Shown here: piece after piece, positions 25,801 through 37,830 of the stretch
How the letters are laid out: each line of letters begins with the position of its first letter
Position numbering within the stretch: position 1 is the stretch's first letter
NCBI RefSeq assembly: GCF_006345805.1
Contig: NC_043006.1
Location: 34,534,001-34,598,000, forward strand
DNA: 64,000 bases
Source of the DNA: Octopus sinensis
Taxonomy: Eukaryota
Direction of reading: 5' to 3'
The notes under the pieces: model-generated
Told to the model about the DNA's origin: nothing
Databases searched by the model: none
Seen by the model: the letters and a program-made list of their open reading frames with translations, nothing else
Translations under genes and position numbers: made by a program

Positions 25801-25869
25801 ATATATCGGTACGGATATGTAGAGACAGATCTCTAAGAGATATTTAGAAATTCAATATTTCTAATATAT

Positions 25870-26690
25870 ATATCATCATCATCATTTAACGTTCGTTTTC
25901 CATACTAGCATGGGTTGGACGGTTCGACCGGGGTCTGGGAAGCCCGGAGGCTGCACCAGGCTCCAGTCTGATCTGGCAGTGTTTCTACAGCTGGATGCCC
26001 TTCCTAACGCCAACCACTCCGTGAGTGTAGTGGGTGCTTTTTACGTGCCACCGGCACAGGTACCAGGGGAGACTGGCAATGGCCATGATCGGTTGGTGCT
26101 TTTTACGTGCCATATATATATATCATCATCGTTTAATGTCCGCTTTCCATGCTAGCATGGGTTGGACGATTTTGACTGAGGGCTGGCGAACCAGATGGCT
26201 GCACCAGGCTCCAATCTTGATTTGGCAGAGTTTCTACAGCTGGATGCTCATTCTATCACCAACCACTCCGAGAGTGTAGTGGGTGCTTTTTGCGTGCCAC
26301 CGGCACGGGGGCCAGTGAGGTAGTACTGGCAACGACCTCGCTCGAATCCTTTTACACATGCCCCCAGCACAGGTGCCAGTAAGGCGACTTTGGTAACGAT
26401 CACGCTCGAATGGTGCTCTGTTACGTGCCACTGGCACGGAAGCCAGTTGGCTACTCTGGCAACGATCACGCTTGAACGGTACCCTTTAAGTGCCACTGGC
26501 ACGGAAGCTGGTTAGCTGCACTCTCAATGATCACGCTTGTATGGTGCTCTTTGCACCCTGCTAGCACGGATGCCAGTCATCGAATTTGATTTTGATTTTG
26601 ATTGATTTGATTTCACTTGCCTCAACAAGGTCTTCGCAAGCAGAGTTTTAGTGTCCAAAGAAGGAAAAGGAGGAGGTATATATATATATA
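25870..26690 (-). mobile_element. Two tandem RTE-type 3' UTR copies, the second with about five ~65-bp units
   Basis: (CAT)n starts at about 25872 and 26123. GTGCCACTGGCACGG-type anchors lie at about 26294, 26357, 26425, 26490 and 26555. Confidence 0.85.
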
Positions 26691-26788
26691 TATATATACA
26701 CATATATAGATATATATACACATATATATATACACACACATATATATATATACACACACACACACATATATACACACACACACACATA

Positions 26789-26999
26789 TTGACTGATACA
26801 AGTTAGATGATTTTTTTAAATGCAGAATTGCCATTAGAACAGCAGAAATACTGGGTATATTACCCTTACAAAGCGGAAAAAACCAGTCATGGATGGTTGT
26901 TGAGAAATTTTTCCGCTTTGTAAGGGTAACAGACCCAGTATTTCTGCTGTTCTAACAGCAATTCTGCATTCAAAGAAATATCTAATTTGTATCGTTGAA
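26789..26999. mobile_element. TA-flanked fold-back MITE
   Basis: Inner arms 26819-26881 and 26908-26970 are reverse complements with 4 mismatches in 63 bp; the outer ~30 bp are more diverged. Confidence 0.8.
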
Positions 27000-27258
27000 T
27001 ACACATTTTGATGCTTATAAAAACAAAAGTCTGTTTGTTTATATTCATACATGTAAATATACACAAGTTCCGTTCTCATTATTTGTCCTGTCGCTTTTAT
27101 ATAAACCTTTTGTACCTATTCACATTTGTTTCATTCTTCCTATTTGTTTCCTTGGAGACACTTGTTATTTCTAATTATTTATCAAGCATTCTCAGTAAAT
27201 AAGCATACACATAACACATGCTGTATGTATGTGTATATATATATATGATGTAGACACC

Positions 27259-27438
27259 CCGAGTTCGATTCCAGGCAGTGACCTGAATATTAATAATAAT
27301 ATGGAAAAATAGCTTGGGAATGAGAACCCAGGTTCAAAATTTCCCCAAGATACCTGATGAAGGCTGGAGGGTATATCAGCTGAAACGTTGTGTTAACAAC
27401 AAACAAGAGGAGGACAAATATCCATCAAATGTAAATAA
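27259..27438 (+). mobile_element. tRNA-headed hammerhead-bearing element, copy C (5'-truncated, B-box kept)
   Basis: GAGTTCGATTCC at 27261, followed by the same spacer, hammerhead and tail as copies A and B. Confidence 0.75.
27349..27394 (+). ncRNA. Minimal type I hammerhead ribozyme-like motif, family 2, best-preserved copy
   Basis: GAUAC-CUGAUGA-A-GGCUG-GAGGGUAUAU-CAGCU-GAA-ACGU-U-GUGUU. All core nucleotides are present, stems I and II pair with G.U wobbles, and stem III is the palindrome ACGU. Confidence 0.65.
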
Positions 27439-27550
27439 TATATATATATATATATATACATACACACACACACACACACACACATAGATGCATGTATATG
27501 GATATGAATGAGTGTGCATGCATATGTGAGTGGAAAGAGAGAGATAAATA

Positions 27551-27762
27551 CAGAGTGGCCTAAAAGTAGGTTTACAGTTATTCAACTATCTCTTTCGCAT
27601 TCATATATTAACAGTTTAGATCTTAATCATAAAAAAATATGAAACCATTATTCTATGTTCATTTAGTTAATTGTAAGATAGAAATTTAAATGTAACAAAA
27701 TGTTTTAAAAGAAGTTTAAAGTGCCTAAGTGATAACTGTAAACCTACTTTCGGGCCATCCTG
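27551..27762. mobile_element. Tc1/mariner-type MITE with TA TSD
   Basis: TA|CAGAGTGGCCTAAAAGTAGGTTTACAGTTAT ... ATAACTGTAAACCTACTTTCGGGCCATCCTG|TA. Confidence 0.85.
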
Positions 27763-28507
27763 TATAATAAATGTTTATTTTGAATAGATGAATAAACCAT
27801 AAAGAGTCCAAAAGAATGGAAAAACAAGGCAAAAGTAACAGTCTGTCATTATAATCGTACTCTGTACTTTGATCCACCCTATTAGTACTGAGTTCTACTT
27901 CATATACCCCACCAACTTCAAGTCCAAGACTCGTGTTTTTCTTTAACCAGACCCAGCTTTCAACTTTAAGAAACAACTCAACAAATATTGGACAGCTCTA
28001 TACAGTCACTTGACCGGCTAAATATAGCAGCCAGATCTCCCACATATCAACATGTTACCATCTAAATAAAAATGGGAAGACATATTAGATAATATAATCT
28101 TTAATATTCATGATGGAATGGTCATGGGTGGAATACTTATGAATGACAGATCTGCTCTATAAAGGATTGACATAGAACTCAACAACAAAAACAAATGATG
28201 ACAGGGAACAGATTGGATGATGAAGAGTTTTGTTAATGAAAATTAAGGAAAGAAAATATAAAAGAGTCAACACTACTAAAGAGGTTGCAAGACGCAACAA
28301 AAATTTTAGGAAAATAAAAATAAGGAAAAAGTGGAAATTTTACTGGTGAGTGTGTTAAATTATAAGGCACAAAAAGAAAATAACTCTCCCCAGACACAAT
28401 AAAATATTAAAAAATACACAAAAAAAAGCATCTCTCAAATGATGACAGTAAGTTGGAATAAATATTATACACTCATAACATATATATATATATATACACA
28501 CACACAG

Positions 28508-28740
28508 AGGGCGGCAAGGTGGCAGAATTGTTAGCATGCCGGGCAAAATGCTTAGCAGTATTTCGTCTACCACTATGTTCTGAGTTCAAATTCCGCCGAG
28601 GTTGACTTTGCCCCTCATCCTTTCGAGGTCAATTAAGTAAGTACCAGTTATGCACTGGGATTGGTGTAATCAACTTAATTCCTTTGTATGTCTTTGTTTG
28701 TCCCCTCTATGTTTGGCCTCCTGTGGGCAATAAAGAAATA
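28508..28740 (+). mobile_element. S2 SINE, tail variant B (similar copies at 41645-41870 and 45253-45467)
   Basis: GGCGGCAAGGTGGCAGAATTGTTAGC head, S2 core and a TTTGTCCCCTCTATGTTT...GTGGGCAATAAAGAAATA tail. Confidence 0.85.
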
Positions 28741-29139
28741 TATATATATACATTTATATTTGCATACATACATCACAGAGGCAATGACTAGTGATGAAGG
28801 CCTTTGGCAATTTGCTGTGCTTCAGAAGACATGTCAAGCCAAGTGAAATGGTAGTTGTGGCCAGTGCCAGTGATACACAAAAAGTATCTACTGTGCTCTT
28901 GGAGTGGTTGGCATTAGGAAGGGCATCATGCTGTAGAAACCAAGCCAAACCAGTCAAGTGCCTGGGTATAGCTCTCCAGCTGACTAGTTCCAGTCAAACC
29001 ATCTAACCCATGCCAGCATGGAAAATGAACACTAAGTGATGATGAGAATGACATACTACACATACATATATATATATCTTTACATACATACATACATATT
29101 ATACGTGCATAAATATTTGTATACACATACATATATACA

Positions 29140-29677
29140 CAAAAATATTTGCATAGATGCACACACACACACATATTTGCATGCTCTCTCACACACACAC
29201 ATCTGTATGCACATACACACACATATTTGCATGCTCACACACACATATTTGGATGCACACACACACACACACATATTTGGATGCACACACACACACACAC
29301 ACATATTTGGATGCACACACACACACACATTTGGATGCACACACATACACACATTTGCATGCACACACACACATTTCGATGCACACACACACACATTTGG
29401 ATACACACACACACACACACACACATTTGCATGCACACACACACATTTGCATAAATCCCCCCACATATATTTGCATACACCCACACACACACACACATAT
29501 TTGGATGCACACACACACACACATTTGGATGCACACACATACACACATTTGCATGCACACACACACATTTCGATGCACACACACACACATTTGGATACAC
29601 ACACACACACACACACACACATTTGCATGCACACACACACATTTGCATAAATCCCCCCACATATATTTGCATACACC

Positions 29678-29712
<35 letters not shown>
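29140..29712. repeat. CA-based minisatellite with a higher-order duplication of about 196 bp
   Basis: Units are CACAC-ATTTG(G/C)ATG. The marker CATAAATCCCCCACATATATTTGCATACACCC occurs at about 29449 and 29646. Confidence 0.9.
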
Positions 29713-29715
<3 letters not shown>

Positions 29716-29719
29716 GTGG

Positions 29720-30000
29720 AATGTCCCGTTGAAGATGACGTATGAGCATTCAGCTTTTTGCTGAATGACCTGCACAAATGATTTGTTTATAGAGATCAAA
29801 TGTTCATACCACGCATCAGCTCACACACTCCATCAAATGGATGTTGTCTGAGCAGGTGCACACTGTGCCATGCATCAGGTGTCAGAGTGATCGCAGACCA
29901 ACGCGACATGAAGTGTTTTGCTCAAGAACACAATGCACCACCTGGTCTAGGAATTGAAATCATGCTCTAGCGATCATGAGTGCAACATCTAACCATTAGA
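29720..30000 (-). mobile_element. tRNA-derived SINE with a TTCTTGAGCAAAACACTTCA core
   Basis: Minus-strand head GGTGCATGTTCTAATGGTTAG...TTTCAATTCC followed by the core motif. Confidence 0.6.
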
Positions 30001-30599
30001 ACATGCACCATCACACACACACATACCCATATATATACATGCATGCATATAAACACATGCACATACATTTGCATACACACATACATACATACATATGTAC
30101 ACATATTTTCATCCATCCATCCATCAATACATACATATTTGCATACATCCACATATGTACACAGCTGCACTCATCCATTACACACACACACACATATATA
30201 TTTGCATACATTCACATCCATACACATACACATCCATCCAGCCATACATACATACACACACGCACATCTGCTTCCATCCATACATATACATTTACATACA
30301 TCCATACAAACATATGTACATACACATGCTTATATATACACACACACACAGATATATACACATAGATATATGCACAAATACACACACACACAAAGCATGT
30401 CAAATACAAGCTACAGACGTCCAAGGGAGATTCACAGTTAATATAATTAGGTTAAAGAAGGGAAAAAGTTATAATGGTAAAGTTATAGAATAAAAGTTAT
30501 AGAGTAAATGTATAATGTTTGGGACACAGGTTTTTTTGTCACATACTAGAGGAAAATCCAGGGGGAGACAAGAGAGGAAAGTTTTATATATATATATAT

Positions 30600-31008
30600 A
30601 TATTCTTTTATTCTGTGGCTATGCTGGAGCACCACCTTTAGTCAAGCAAATCGACTCCAGGACTTATTCTTTGTAAGCCTAGTACTTATTCTATCAGTCC
30701 CATTTGCCGAACCGCTAGGTGACAGAGATGTAAACACACCAACAACAGTTGTCAAACAGTGGTTGGGGGATTAACACAGACATAAATAACACACACAAAC
30801 ATATATATATATATATAAATAAATATATACACGATGGGCTTCTTTTAGTTTCTGTCTACCACATCCACTCACAAGGCTTTGGTCGGACTGAGGCTATAGT
30901 AAAAGACACTTGCCCAAGGTGCCATGGAGTGGGACTGAACCCGGAACCATGTGGTTGGTAAGCAAGCTACTTACCAAACACACATAATATATATATATCT
31001 ATATCTAT

Positions 31009-31046
<38 letters not shown>

Positions 31047-31648
31047 GAGGTGGTGCTGAAAACTTTCTGGCTTTAAGGATATTGTGACAGGCCAGGTTGG
31101 GGGGCCAACCAATTTAAGTTCTTTTATGGGGCTTAGAAAAATTGAAGAACTGCTGCCATAAATGATCGAATCTGAGAGGGGAATATGTTGAATAAAATCA
31201 TAACTAACAGATCCTCCTGGATTTTTCTTTTACCTAAAGCCAGGAACTTTACAGCACCTCATCATATATCTATATACTTTTCATTCTTTTACTTGTTTCA
31301 GTTGTTTGACTGTGGCCATGCTGGAGCATCACCTTTAGTCAAACAAATCGCCCCTGGGACTTATTCACTGTAAGCCTAGTACTTACTCTATCGGTTCTCT
31401 TTTGCCAAACCGATAAGTTACAAGGACATAAACACACCAGCATCGGTTGTCAAGCAATGGTGGGGAGGATAAATACACACACACACACATATACATGATG
31501 GGCTTCTTTCAGTTTCCATCTACCAAATCCACTCACAAGACTTTGGTCAGGCCGAGGCTATAGTAGAAGATACTTGCCCAAGGTGCCACACAGTGGGACT
31601 GAACCTGGAACCATGTGATTGGGAAGCAAGCTACTTACCACACAGCCA

Positions 31649-31652
<4 letters not shown>
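30600..31652 (-). mobile_element. Two S1 SINEs (30600-30985, 31282-31652) flanking a MITE (31045-31262)
   Basis: Both match the S1 consensus from tail to head. The MITE has GCTGAAAACTTTCTGGCTTT / AAAGCCAGGAACTTTACAGCAC ends. Confidence 0.85.
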
Positions 31653-31683
<31 letters not shown>

Positions 31684-32479
31684 ACACACACACATCTATG
31701 GTTAGGTAAAAAGAAAGAATGGACATCCAGACAAAATACTTCAGACTATTTGTTTTTATTCCTGAATGTTCTGAGTTCAGTTCCTGTCTAGTTTGTCTTT
31801 GATTTTCCTCTTCCCACAAGGTCGATAGAATTAACTCCCAGTCTGTAATCTAGGGCTACAGGTGCCCTATTTCGGATACAACTAACAAAATCCCTGTGTA
31901 GTAGGTGTCTCGAGTAAGAACTACGTCAGGGCCCACAGTCCAGTAACTGAAACTGGTAAAAGAATATAAGAACAAATATAAAAGAATTATGATGATGATG
32001 ATGATGATGATGAGCATTATAAAGGCAACAACAACAACAACAACAGCAACAATACATACCTTTCTATGTTTAGCATTCTTGTGTTTTCTCATTAGATGCC
32101 GAATCTTGTTAAGAGAAGCAATCCTTGACACTGACCGCAGTAAGAATTCCAACACAACTGTTTAACAGTTTTTACTAGTTCAATGTGGTAGCTCTTTTCC
32201 TTCTTCCTTTCTTTCTGTCATTGCTGTTGTTGTTATTGTTATCATCATCATCAGCATTGTTATTACTTTTATTATTATTATTGTACCAGACAGAGCAAGG
32301 AAAGAAATACAAAACCCAGAAGTGTAACACTATGGAAGTAAAATTTCAAGCAGACAGACACAGAGAGAGAAATAAAAAAAAAAACAATTATTTTTCTATC
32401 CTCCTCCCCCTCATATCATCCACTCACCTAACTCACACCAATTTTAACCAAAGAATTACTTCTTTTTTTTTTAATTGAT

Positions 32480-33420
32480 GGTGATGTGGTGGTGGTGGTG
32501 ATAGTAGAATTGTTGGTGTTGGTGGCAGCGGTTGGTAGAAATAGCAGTAGTGTGTTTGATGGTTATGGCAGAATGAATACTAATAGCAGTGGTGGTGGTG
32601 GTTTAGGTGATCCTTGAAGTAATTGTGTTGATGGTGATGGTGGTGGTAGTGGCTGTGTTGGTAAAGGTGGTTGTAGCAGTGGTGGCAGTAGTAAGTGGTA
32701 ATGGGAGTGGCTGTACTGGCCAAATTGTGTATGTGTGTGTGATGGTCAGCAGTAGGCAGTGCGGTAGTGGTAGAATTTAAAGTAATAACTACTGCTGGTG
32801 GTGGTGGTGGTTGTGGTGTTGGTATTGGCGGTGGTGATTACACTGGTTAAATGATGGCCTTAGAGGTGGAGCAGGGACGTTAAGTCAACAGTGCTTATGC
32901 TGTTGGTGGTGGTGATGATGATGATGATGATAGCAATGGTGGTGTTGACACATTGAATAATAATCCAAATCTAAGCAAGTATAAGGTGATGGTGGTGGTG
33001 AAGGCAATAATAGCAAAGGTGGTGGTGGTGGCAAGTAGTCTTTACAGTGAAGTGGTAGCAATACTGGTGGTCATAGGGGTGACAGTTGTGTAACAGTATT
33101 ATCAACAGCAGTGGCAGGCAGTGCTGCTGCTGATAGTGGTGGTGATGGTGGTTACCATATAGTAAAATTGGCATTAGGGGTTGGTGGGGAGGAATGTGGC
33201 AGCATTATCAATTGTGAATGTGAATGAAGGAAGAATGGTGATGAAAGTGATGCTGATGCTGTGAGCAATTATATTGTTGAGGATGATGATGATGATGATG
33301 ACAATGATGGTGGCAGCGGCAGTCTTGCACTTCTGGTGCTGTTGCTAGTAGTGGTATTGATAATAAGATAAGTGCTGGTGGTGGTGACGATGATGATGAT
33401 GATGATAATGATTAAAATGA
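32480..33420. repeat. Cryptic (GGT/GAT/GTA)n low-complexity tract
   Basis: Degenerate trinucleotide mosaic; it explains the poly-His ORFs on the minus strand. Confidence 0.85.
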
Positions 33421-33929
33421 TGGTAAAAGATTAATATTTTTTTCTTCTTCTGAAAAGAAATCTTATAAGAGGAAAGGAAAGAAAGAAAGAAAATGGGACA
33501 GAGTGAGAGAGAGCAGAGGGGGAACATACAGTGAATGAAAGAGGGGAAAACGATTTTAGACCTGAGTAAAATAGTGGAGGCGGGGATGGATACAGGATGG
33601 TGGTGGGGGTGGGAAGAAAAGGTAATATTTTAACATGAATGGTGCAACCACCATCACCACCACCAACAACAACTTTATTACTTAGTATGTAGCTACAAGC
33701 ATTATCACAACTACCTCCTCCGCTGACACAATTACCACTCCCTACTCGGGCCCTCAGAACTGTTTAATATTTCTACATAGGGTCCTTCTGTATTCTCCAA
33801 GACAGAGAAATTAAATTAGGAACAGAATGGTGGGGTGGCTTGGAGAAAAAGACAGGTACCGGGGTGGCTAGGATGGAAACCAAAAACAAACAAAAGAGCA
33901 AACTGTCACTCAGTTGGCTAAAGCCATAC

Positions 33930-34129
33930 TATTTTACTTGTTTCAGTCATTTGACTACAGCCATGCTGGAGCACTGCCTTTAGTCGAGTAAATCGATCCC
34001 AGGACTTATTCTTTGTAAGCCTCGTACTTATCCTATCAGTCTCTTTTGCCAAACCGCGAAGTTACGGAAACATAAACACACCAACATAGCTTGTCAAGCA
34101 ATGTTGGGGGGAGAAACACAGACAAATAG

Positions 34130-34176
<47 letters not shown>

Positions 34177-34328
34177 AACACACATAACTGGCTTATTTCA
34201 GTTTCCGTCTACCAGATCCACTCACAAGGCTTTGGTCGACCTGAGGCTATATTAGAAGACACTTGCCCAAGGTACCACGCAGTGGGACTGAACCCGGAAC
34301 AATGTGTTTGGGAAGCAAGCTACTTATT
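33930..34328 (-). mobile_element. Near full-length S1 SINE with an internal (CA)n(TA)n tract
   Basis: Matches other S1 copies over the tail, microsatellite, core and head. Confidence 0.85.
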
Positions 34329-35280
34329 AAAATTTAGTTCCACAATTTTTCCAATATCTTTATAAAGAGAACAATTCAGTTGTAATTATACAGAAATATG
34401 TATAAATGCATACACACATGCACACACACACACACACGTGATGATGATGATCTGAAGTAATCAATAAAAGGTCCCAGTATATTTCGAAATATAAAGTATT
34501 GACTTATTTAAATATTGACCTTTATACCAAATTTTGTAGAGGTCAAACTAAAGTCTGACTTCTGTAGATGTATTATAGAACTAACTTTGGTGTAATGTTG
34601 CAGGTGAAATAGCACTGCAATGTACGTTGGACAAGTGGCTGCTACTATTATAGCTCGAGGCTGACAAAAGATTTGCAAGTGAATCTGGTAGAAGAGACCT
34701 AAAAAAAGCCTGCTGTGTATGTATATCAGTCATCATCATCATCATCGTTTAACGTCCGTCTTCCATGCATGCATGGGTAGAACGGTTAACAGGAGCTGGC
34801 CAGGTAGAAGATTACCCCAAGCTGCGATGTCTGTTTTGGCATATGTAAACAAACACAGATGCATGCACATACACACATATATGTAAATGTTGTGTGTGAA
34901 TATGCGAGCACCAGAGTGTGTCTACATGTTTATTTACATTTGCACTTGTCCAAAAACTGCAGGGCTTCAAGCAATGATGTTGTCAGTTCCCCTCTCACCA
35001 ATTCATCTGATGAGGTGGAACATGTCCTACATACAAGAAACTTTAATTAATGTACAGCTGAGTGAAACTGGTATTAAATATGTGTAACTCCACCAAATAT
35101 ACTGAGTCCTACTTTCATTTGTATGTTCATTCACTCCTATGTATGTCGTTGTTCAGTTTTATTTCAAAATTTCTTGCCAATAGAGAAAGTATCAGTTTCT
35201 AACCTAGATCCAAGGCTCTTTCAACATCAACAACAGGGTATTTTTGTTTCTATGTATGAATGTATGTATGTATGTATATA

Positions 35281-35590
35281 TGTATGGAGAACCTCCATAT
35301 AGACCAAAAAAGAGGTATAAAGACTTGCTGAAGGAGTCCTTGAAAGATGCTAGCATCTCTCCTGACACATGGGAGGGCATAGCTATTGACCGTAGCAGGT
35401 GAAGAAGGATTGTATATGAGCGGACAGCTACTTTTGAGAAATCTCGAGTTGCGCATGAGAAAGTAAGGAGGGATGTCAGGAAGGGCATCGCTGTTGCACG
35501 TCCAGACGGTAAGGGTCTTCCTAAGATGCTGACATGCAGTGTCTGTGCAAGACCCTGCCTCAGTAAAGCTGAGCTCATGAGTTATCTTCG
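35281..35590 (+). mobile_element. 3' fragment of a third RTE-type LINE with a C-terminal zinc finger
   Basis: Translates as YGEPPYRPKKRYKDLLKESLK...WEGIAIDRSR*...TCSVCARPCLSKAELMSYLRSH. Confidence 0.75.
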
Positions 35591-35990
35591 TAGTCATAAA
35601 GTGAGACCGATGATTGATAACCAGTTCACTGGTTGTGGTGCTACACACCATACTAATCATACTACTCATACTAATCATATCTGTCATCATGTTGAAGGGT
35701 GTGTGATTCAGTGGGAGGACTTAAATGATATGAAAAAATACATGAAGCCCAATTACAACTACAGCTGGCTACTGCTAGTAAAGGTTTTAGCTGCCAATTC
35801 TGTCCAAGACATTGTAGATCTTTAGCTGGGCTAAAAAGTCATATTTGATCACAGCACCATTAACAGTTAAGCCTTGTGCAATGGCCATACTCTATAACGA
35901 GGGGGCAGCCATCATGCATGCATGCGTGCATGTATGTATGTATGTATGTAGATGTGTAAGTTTTGTTTTATGTATGTATTCTCCTGCATA

Positions 35991-36360
35991 TCTCTATATA
36001 TATAAACGGCAAAATGTGTGTGTGTGTGTGTGTATCCTTTATACAAATCCACAATTTTTCAGTTAGAGGGCTTGCACTTTCTATGGTCATTCAAATCCGT
36101 CCAAGGGTGGTCGTGCACATCTTTACATTTCCCCAGTCACCCCGCAAAGCCATTAAAAAATCAATAGAAGTAACTTTTTTGTGAATTTTCTATCCAAAAC
36201 CCAATCAAAATGCCCGAAACTTGATACGCCAATTGAATGCCAGCTAGCTGTATGTGATTGGTTGGAGATTTGGACAGTACTGGCGTATATGTGTGCACGC
36301 ATGCAGCTGTATATGCATGCACTAGCACTATGACCTGGCATTGCCGGGTCATAGTGCTAA
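35991..36360 (+). mobile_element. Non-autonomous Helitron
   Basis: Starts A|TCTCTATATATATAAAC. Ends in a 17-bp hairpin TAGCACTATGACCTGGC-ATT-GCCGGGTCATAGTGCTA (36323-36359), with a terminal CTAA (degenerate CTAG). Confidence 0.75.
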
Positions 36361-36379
36361 TAGTTGCATATCTAGATAT

Positions 36380-37270
36380 CATGGTCATACATACCTAAAT
36401 GATAAACTTCTGGGAAGTTTTACAGATCTTTACAGTTCTAATGATGGACTGGATCTGTAGTCTTCAAATTAGCTTTCTCCTTTCTGGTTTTGAGAAGCCT
36501 AATTTCTCAAGATTGGTATTTAGGCAGTGTGTTATACATCCAAAGGCCCTAATAATTACAGGTATAAGCCTGAACTTGTAATCTGGATAGAGTAACTGCA
36601 CATTTCTCAATAGTTCAGCGTGGGCATTCTCTTTTTCACTGACCTTCAGCTTTGTTAACATCCGCTGGGCAGCTGATTTCCGCAACTGTATAGAGTTTCT
36701 CTTCTCTTGTCCCAAATCATTATAACAGGTCTGTTGTGCTTACATTTTACTGAGGTCTTCACTGGGACATTCCACCTGTATTCCTTTTTATTATGAGTGG
36801 TTTCTACCATACTATGGGCTCTTATTTCTTTGTCCTTGAGGTTATCCTTCTCACAGATTTCATTAGAGTATCCTAGCTACAATATCATGTCTCATCAGTA
36901 GATAATACTGTGATAACATTTTCGGACAACTGCTTATGATATGGGTGATATCTTTGATGATAACTCCACAAAGTCTGCATCGGTTGTCACATTTTACTGC
37001 ATCTCTATCCCTTTTGTGCATCAGGTACTTGGTTGATATTTCCTGTTCCTGGATTGCAGACGCATACCCTTCAAAGTGAGAGGTAGTAATCCGGCTATTG
37101 GTCCATGATAAACCGCTTTGATGATCAATGTTACTATCATCTTGGAGCTTTCTGCTAACATATCCATACATAGTCTTCTGCTCATATAGGCTCATCTTTT
37201 CATCTGATGATACGTTGTGGTAGAATCGCGTGACTTCTTTGGGCATGTATTCTAGGTTATCAGGGAAGGA
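36380..37270 (-). mobile_element. 3' fragment of an RLE-type (R2/R4/NeSL-like) non-LTR retrotransposon
   Basis: AIQEQEISTKY...CRLCGVIIKDITHIISSCPK...RHDIVARIL (CCHC knuckle + RHD), then KENAHAELL...FRLIPVIIRAFGCI (restriction-like endonuclease end). Confidence 0.85.
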
Positions 37271-37549
37271 AGGAAGAAAGGTATGTATGTATACACAGAG
37301 TATCATTTCATGATCATCATCACATTCTAATTAACAATCATAAATATAATGCAAATCCGGGGTGTTCTGCAGTATTTTATTGCAAAATCAATATTTATAA
37401 GACTACAAAAGAATATATTAGACTTTAAAAAACTATATATAAGAGGTGTTGAAAGTGTTCTCCTTCATTTTTAATACATAAGTTGACTCTTCTACACATG
37501 TTTTGAAATATATCTTGGAGAGTATGGACCGTGTGAAGGTTATAATTGC

Positions 37550-37700
37550 ATCTTTTAGCTCATTAATGGTTTCCAAGAGATTCTTGTACATTGATCCTTT
37601 ACTTGCTCCCCAGAAAAAAAAAGTCTGGCGGTGTTAAATCAAGTGATCTTGGTGGCCAAAGTCCCTTTGAAATAATCTGTTCACCAAAAAACTGTTGAAG
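37550..37700 (-). mobile_element. Tc1/mariner-superfamily transposase remnant
   Basis: FFGEQIISKGLWPPRSLDLTPPDFF, then a 1-nt homopolymer frameshift, then WGASKGSMYKN...INELKDAI. Confidence 0.8.
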
Positions 37701-37830
37701 TAGTGTCATGGTAATGCTTGAAGTATGTGCTGTACAAGTCAACAACAATACTAACTTAAGTAGTTTTTGGGGTTAATAAAAGATTAATATGACTGAACAT
37801 TCAAAAGTTTGTAAAAGTATGAGGAATAAT

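Noticed and set aside
27725-27976. ORF with a faint FN3-like pattern (GLEVGGVYEVELSTN)
   Set aside because: Similarity is limited to a few residues, splice sites are weak, and the ORF runs into a MITE.
35007-35041. CUGAUGA...GAAAC hammerhead-like motif
   Set aside because: Six extra nucleotides lie between the putative stem II and GAAA, and no stem I or stem III pairing was found.
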